From: Trueperaceae bacterium
GTDB lineage: Bacteria > Deinococcota > Deinococci > Deinococcales > Trueperaceae
DNA: 64,000 nt
Direction of reading: 5' to 3'
Assembly: GCA_040905465.1 (NCBI GenBank)
Contig: JBBDRK010000049.1
Span: forward strand, 192,246 to 256,245
Under the pieces are notes generated by a model, which saw only the letters and a list, made by a program, of their open reading frames with translations, was not told where the DNA came from and did not search any database. The stretch's first letter is position 1; each line of letters begins with the position of its first letter. Both the position numbers and the translations under genes were made by a program. This document shows positions 59,268 through 64,000 of the stretch, one piece after another.

Positions 59268-60398
59268 TTACTCGTTCTGCGGTTCGTATTGAAGGTCTAC
59301 GCCGCGGTCCAGCAACGCCTGAATCTGTTGCTGCACAGTGGGGTCATTGAGATCGAGAGAGTTTCCCGTTACGTCGACAAAGTCTCCTTCGCCGATACCT
59401 GCGTTGTCGACGAGAAAGCCGAGGTCGATCAGGTCGTTGTCGTCTACGATCAGCAATTCCAGTTCGCTGAAATCGCGAAGGAAGTCGACATCGGCATTTG
59501 CCAGCCCAAGCGAGTACACTCGCAACTGCTTCAGCTCGCTGAGCCCTTGGATGGGGGTGAGATCGACCACGCCGGACCCGCCGATGTCGAGTTCGAAGGA
59601 AAGCATCGCCATGCCCTCGAGGACGGAGAGGTCCGTGACCCCCGCGTTCCCCCACAGCTGCAGGCGCACCAGGTTCTTGTCGGCCAGAAGCGCCATATCG
59701 CCATCGTCGAACCCGGTACCGCCGGCGAGCAACGCGCTGAGATCGGTCATGTCTTCAATTACCGAGAAGTCTTCCAGGTCTGGGTTGTGGTTCACCCACA
59801 AAAAGGTAAGCTCCTTGCCCTCCAGCACGCTCAGATCCGTAAGTCCCATATCGCTGGCCCCGAAGAAGGTCAGATTCGGGAAGTTGTCGACAACAGAGAT
59901 GTCGCTCGTCGGGTTACCGCCCAGAACAACCCACTGCAGCTTGGTAAGGGGCGCGAGCACGGAGAAATCCTCGATCTGGGCATTCCACAGAAACAGGGTA
60001 TCGAGTTCGGTAAGACCGGTGACAGGAGTGATATCGGCAATTGGATTGTCGTCGAGATGGAGAGCCTCGAGCGACGTCAGTTCGGCGAGTGGAGAGAGAT
60101 CCTCGATCTCGTTCCGTTCAACCGCCAAGCCAGTGAGGTTGCTCGCATACTGCAGCCCCTGGAGGCTCTGGATCTCTTGATCTCTGGCTATGAGCAGGGT
60201 GAGTGCCTCGAGGTCGTCGCAAGTAGGCTCTGCAGAGAGCTCCAGTGCGTTCTGGACCGCCGTTGCCAGATTGGAATCCTCTAGAGGAGTGTTGGAGGGG
60301 CTACTGCAGGCGTTCGCCGTGCCCGAGGGAGTGTTCGTACAGCTGGCAAGCAGCAGCGACGAAATGAGCAAACTACACAGTGTCGTAGGCAGTCGCAT
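59268..60398 (-). CDS. Internalin-like leucine-rich-repeat lipoprotein
   Basis: Lipobox LLLASC, cap EDSNLATAV, 22-aa LRRs (LTSLEALHLDDNPIADITPV). AGGAGG RBS. Confidence 0.88.
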   Translation of the reverse strand: MRLPTTLCSLLISSLLLASCTNTPSGTANACSSPSNTPLEDSNLATAVQNALELSAEPTCDDLEALTLLIARDQEIQSLQGLQYASNLTGLAVERNEIEDLSPLAELTSLEALHLDDNPIADITPVTGLTELDTLFLWNAQIEDFSVLAPLTKLQWVVLGGNPTSDISVVDNFPNLTFFGASDMGLTDLSVLEGKELTFLWVNHNPDLEDFSVIEDMTDLSALLAGGTGFDDGDMALLADKNLVRLQLWGNAGVTDLSVLEGMAMLSFELDIGGSGVVDLTPIQGLSELKQLRVYSLGLANADVDFLRDFSELELLIVDDNDLIDLGFLVDNAGIGEGDFVDVTGNSLDLNDPTVQQQIQALLDRGVDLQYEPQNE

Positions 60399-60420
60399 AG
60401 AACCTCCTGGATTTCAGGGA

Positions 60421-60465
60421 ACAGTACGACGCCCGATCCGACCGCGGTCCGACCACGCTCCGACC
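60421..60465 (-). promoter_or_regulatory. SARP-type activator promoter: 3x GGTCGGA at 11-bp period plus -10 TACTGT
   Basis: Plus-strand TCCGACC at 60437, 60448 and 60459; -10 at 60426-60421. Confidence 0.72.
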
Positions 60466-60543
60466 GCGAGAGTGTTGCCCACATGTGCCCTCGCTTGGCA
60501 ACGGGGACTGGCGAGGTATGAGGGGCGGGGTAGTACTGACCGC

Positions 60544-61416
60544 TCAGCGCGGAAACAGCGTTGCCATCTCCCGTCGTTCCACCAACGACTGCATCTCCTC
60601 GTCGCCGGGGCGCTGGCCGCTGTCCTCGCTGAGCCGGGCCGCCGCGTCCAGCACCTTCGGCAGCACGTGAATATCGCCGACGCTGTTCAGGAACAAGGCG
60701 GGCCTGCTCAGCACCCAACGCACAGCCAGATCGATGTCCGGCTGCTCCTCGAGAGGTTCGTACCAGGTCGCGCGGTTCGGCTGCCGGTCTCCCCACGGCG
60801 CCGCGGTGATCGCCTTGATGGTCTGTACCGCCACGTCGCGTTCACGGCAGATCGTCACCAGCGCCTCGAAATCGGCCGCATACTTCGCATCCTGCATCAC
60901 CGTGAAGTTGTACGGCAGCAGCACAGAGTCGAAATCGAATCGCTCCAGGCTTTGCAAGTGGCGTTCCGCTACCGCCAGCCCATGGCCCGTCACGCCGATC
61001 CGGTCCACGAGCCCCTCGTCGCGTGCTTCGACCGCGGCCTCCAGTGCGCCTCCCGGCCCCAGCGCCCGGTCCCACTCGACGGAATCGACCAGGTTGTGCA
61101 GCTGGATCAGGTCGACGCGGTCGACACGCAGGCGTTCCAGTGAACGGCGAATCTCGTCTCTTGCCTCGGCGTATTCGCGCTCGCCGGTCTTTGTGGCCAG
61201 AAAGATGTCATTGCGATTGTGCTCGAGCCAGGGGCCCAGCCGCAGCTCCGAGTCGCCGTAACTGGCGGCAGTGTCGATATGGTTCACGCCGAAGCGGGAA
61301 ATCAGCTCCATGGTCCGGTCGGCGTCCGCTTGAGTGACGTTGCTCAAGGCGGCTGCGCCGAAGATGGTTCGGCTGCTTTGATGATCGGTTCGGCCGAAGC
61401 GTTCTCTGGGAATCAC
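60544..61416 (-). CDS. Aldo/keto reductase
   Basis: [30 protein letters not shown]. Confidence 0.9.
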   Translation of the reverse strand: MIPRERFGRTDHQSSRTIFGAAALSNVTQADADRTMELISRFGVNHIDTAASYGDSELRLGPWLEHNRNDIFLATKTGEREYAEARDEIRRSLERLRVDRVDLIQLHNLVDSVEWDRALGPGGALEAAVEARDEGLVDRIGVTGHGLAVAERHLQSLERFDFDSVLLPYNFTVMQDAKYAADFEALVTICRERDVAVQTIKAITAAPWGDRQPNRATWYEPLEEQPDIDLAVRWVLSRPALFLNSVGDIHVLPKVLDAAARLSEDSGQRPGDEEMQSLVERREMATLFPR

Positions 61417-61524
61417 GAGTGACCTCCTCTCCCCTCGAAGCCTATGCCCTCACGGAGACAGAATAGCCAGTCGCGGCTCCAACGAGGGCGAGATCGAGGC
61501 CTGTAGCGACGACCGCGCGTCAAC

Positions 61525-62349
61525 CTAGATGATCGCCTGGCGCACCTTGGCGGAAACCCATTCGCTTATCAGCACGAGCAGAAAGATCACTATGAAGATC
61601 ACGCTCGCCTGGGACCAGCTCAGCGTGTTTACCGAGGCGTCGAGCGCCAAACCGATACCACCGGCGCCTACCAGGCCCACGACCGTGCTCTCGCGGATAT
61701 TGATGTCCCAGCGGAACACGGAGATCCCGGCGAAGGTAGGCATCACCTGCGGCACCACGGCGTAGGCCAGGGTCTGCGAGCCGGAGGCGCCTGTCGCGGC
61801 GATAGCCTCGCCCGGGACGATATCGATTTCCTCGATCGCCTCGTAGAGGAGCTTGGCGATGAAGCCGATCGAGCGGAGCCCGATGGCCACCACCCCGGCG
61901 AACACGCCGGGGCCGACCAGGAAAACGATGAAAAGCGCCCATATCAGCGAGTGAATCGAGCGCGAGGTGACGATTATCAGCATCGCCGGACCCCGTAGCA
62001 ACGGATGGAGGGTCGTGTTGCGAGCCGCCATGAAGGCGACCGGAACCGCCAGCACGATTCCCAGCAGCGTCCCGAAGGTGGCGATCGCCAAGGTGTCCCA
62101 GATCGGGCCCCATAACTGGTTTATGTACCCCCACTTGGGCGGCACCATGCGGCTCATCAGGTCCACGGCCTGGCGCGGGGCGTCCTCGACGAAGATCCAC
62201 AGGGTGCGCTCCGAGATGAGCTGCCAGCAGAACGCCACGACCAGAACACCGAGCGCCCATCCGAAGGCGTGCAGGAGTTGCCGACTGAGCGTCTTCTTCT
62301 GCCACAGCCGCCGCCCGTCGACCGCCCGGACCGGCACTATTGCACCCAC
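61525..62349 (-). CDS. phnE: Phosphonate/phosphite ABC permease
   Basis: AARN, GFIAKLLYEAIE, RWDINIRES, GAGGIG. Confidence 0.9.
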   Translation of the reverse strand: MGAIVPVRAVDGRRLWQKKTLSRQLLHAFGWALGVLVVAFCWQLISERTLWIFVEDAPRQAVDLMSRMVPPKWGYINQLWGPIWDTLAIATFGTLLGIVLAVPVAFMAARNTTLHPLLRGPAMLIIVTSRSIHSLIWALFIVFLVGPGVFAGVVAIGLRSIGFIAKLLYEAIEEIDIVPGEAIAATGASGSQTLAYAVVPQVMPTFAGISVFRWDINIRESTVVGLVGAGGIGLALDASVNTLSWSQASVIFIVIFLLVLISEWVSAKVRQAII

Positions 62350-63140
62350 TTTCTAAGGACGCTCGAGCCGAACTCGAGCAACAGCACTATCACGATGACC
62401 AGGGCGAGAATTGCGCCGGCCGTGTCGAAGTCGTAGCGCTGCATCGAGGTCCGCAAGGTCGCTCCAATGCCGCCTGCTCCGACGATGCCCAGGATCGCAG
62501 ACTCCCGAAAGTTGATGTCGAGACGATAGGCCGACAGTCCGATGAAGCGAGCGGTCACCTGCGGAACCACGGCGTAGAGGATGACCTTGGAGGTCGAGGC
62601 TCCCGTCGCTCGCAGGGCTTCGAGCTGTTCGGCGTCTATCTCTTCGATATCCTCAGCCAGCAACTTGGCGATGAAGCCGATCGAGGCGAGGGTGAGGGTG
62701 ATGACGCCGGCCAGCGGACCGAAGCCGACCATGACGACGAAGACGAGGGCGACTATCACCTCGGGAAATGTCCGCGCCAGGATCACGAAGGCGCGGCACA
62801 TCAGATAGACCGGTGTGGGCGCCAGGTTCCTGGCCGCGCCGAGGCTTACCGGCACGGCCAGGACTACGCCCACCGCGGTAGACACCACCGTCATCGTGAT
62901 GCTCTCGAGCAGGCCGATCCTTATGTCCGTCCAGCGGGTCACGAAGTCGGGCCGGAAGAAGTCGCCGAACAGACGCTGGGTCCGCGGCCATCCGGCGGCG
63001 ATTCGAGCGCCGTCGATTTCGATCGAGGCACCGGCCAGAAGCAGGTACGCGACGCCACCGAGAAGCAAGCCCCAGCGAAGCCATGGGTTCCGAATCAGCG
63101 GGGGCGGCGACCAGGTCCGCCTCTTCGTGCCGCTGGTCAT
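62337..63140 (-). CDS. phnE: Phosphonate/phosphite ABC permease
   Basis: [24 protein letters not shown]. Confidence 0.9.
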   Translation of the reverse strand: MTSGTKRRTWSPPPLIRNPWLRWGLLLGGVAYLLLAGASIEIDGARIAAGWPRTQRLFGDFFRPDFVTRWTDIRIGLLESITMTVVSTAVGVVLAVPVSLGAARNLAPTPVYLMCRAFVILARTFPEVIVALVFVVMVGFGPLAGVITLTLASIGFIAKLLAEDIEEIDAEQLEALRATGASTSKVILYAVVPQVTARFIGLSAYRLDINFRESAILGIVGAGGIGATLRTSMQRYDFDTAGAILALVIVIVLLLEFGSSVLRKWVQ

Positions 63141-63967
63141 CCGGCGGTTCCGTTGCGGAGAGTGGGATCAGCGGCTGTGGCTTCGGCGGCCGCAGCTTCG
63201 GCCGGAGGGGCCTCGAGCGCTTCGCTCCAATCCTCTTCACCGTAGATTGTAGTCAGCACCTTGTCGTCGAGCGCTTCGGGACCCCCGTCGAACACGATCT
63301 CGCCGAGTCGGAGACCGACTACCCGTCGGGCGAACTGCTGGGCGAGGCTCACGTCGTGGATATTTATGATCGCCGCCACACCGTGCTCGCCGGCAAGCTC
63401 GGTGATGAGCCTCATTATCTGCCGGGAGGTCTTGGGGTCGAGCGAGGCGGTGGGTTCGTCCACCAGCAGCAGATCGGGATCCTGCATCAGCGCCCGGGCG
63501 ATACCTACCCGCTGCCTTTGCCCGCCGGAAAGCGCATCGGCACGCTTGTCGACGTAGGCGTCCAGGCCCACCCGGTCGAGCAGTTGAAACGCCCGGTCGA
63601 TATCGGACTGCGGAAAACGGCGCAAGTACGAGCGCCAGAACCCGGTGTAGCCAAGTCGGCCCGAGAGTACGTTTTCCATGACAGTGAGCCGCTCGACCAA
63701 GGCGTACTCCTGGAAAATCATGCCCATCTTGCGGCGGGCGCGACGCAGCCCGGCCGACTTCAACCGGGTCAGCTCCTCGTCACCCAGGAATATCGCACCC
63801 CGGGTCGGTTCGACCAACCGGTTGATGCAGCGGATGAGGGTGCTCTTCCCTGCTCCTGACGGCCCGATCAGCGCCAGAACCTGCCCGGGCGGTACGGTCA
63901 GGCTCACGCCGTTCAGGGCGAGATCGCCCGTCGGGTAGCGCTTTTCGAGGTCGCGTATCTCCAGCAT
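63137..63967 (-). CDS. phnC: Phosphonate ABC ATPase
   Basis: [34 protein letters not shown]. Confidence 0.92.
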   Translation of the reverse strand: MLEIRDLEKRYPTGDLALNGVSLTVPPGQVLALIGPSGAGKSTLIRCINRLVEPTRGAIFLGDEELTRLKSAGLRRARRKMGMIFQEYALVERLTVMENVLSGRLGYTGFWRSYLRRFPQSDIDRAFQLLDRVGLDAYVDKRADALSGGQRQRVGIARALMQDPDLLLVDEPTASLDPKTSRQIMRLITELAGEHGVAAIINIHDVSLAQQFARRVVGLRLGEIVFDGGPEALDDKVLTTIYGEEDWSEALEAPPAEAAAAEATAADPTLRNGTAG

Positions 63968-64000
63968 TCGGCTCCCTAAGAAGCGGGGGGGGGGGGGGGG

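Noticed and set aside
50450-60540. Mobile element or prophage boundaries for the accessory block
   Set aside because: No integrase, transposase, tRNA or flanking direct repeats were seen.
63985-64000. 16-nt poly-G run as a phase-variation tract or G-quadruplex
   Set aside because: It lies at the very end of the sequence and is more likely a sequencing or assembly artefact. It cannot be assessed here.

Overview
GC-rich bacterial window, probably Deinococcota (Trueperaceae-like). This is inferred from a Thermus Hera-type DEAD-box helicase and several leaderless genes with a TAnnnT box 4-6 nt before the ATG. Contents in order: (1) a putative peptidoglycan-recycling region (~1-15.9 kb) with two peptide-type ABC systems, two serine hydrolases, a phosphotriesterase-family enzyme, a GNAT, anmK and nagZ; (2) a DEAD-box helicase and a PAS-PAS-LuxR regulator; (3) a myo-inositol operon (iolD-G-B-E-A-C) headed by an AfuABC-type sugar-phosphate importer and a HAD phosphatase; (4) two carbohydrate ABC operons, one with a phosphodiester glycosidase and a HAD, the other with LacI, a GH38 mannosidase and a PHP hydrolase; (5) a collapsed vapBC locus and an M23 peptidase; (6) an accessory block (~50.5-60.5 kb); (7) an aldo/keto reductase and phnE-phnE-phnC. 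The block in (6) is the most striking signal: two divergent SARP-type wHTH/BTAD-STAND-TPR regulators are flanked by two surface lipoprotein genes (Ig/beta-propeller and internalin-like LRR). Each lipoprotein promoter carries three 11-bp-spaced GG(A/T)CGG repeats ending exactly 11 nt before a -10 box, resembling Streptomyces SARP promoter geometry. No RNA genes, CRISPR arrays or transposases were seen. All calls come from reading motifs by eye; no database search was run.
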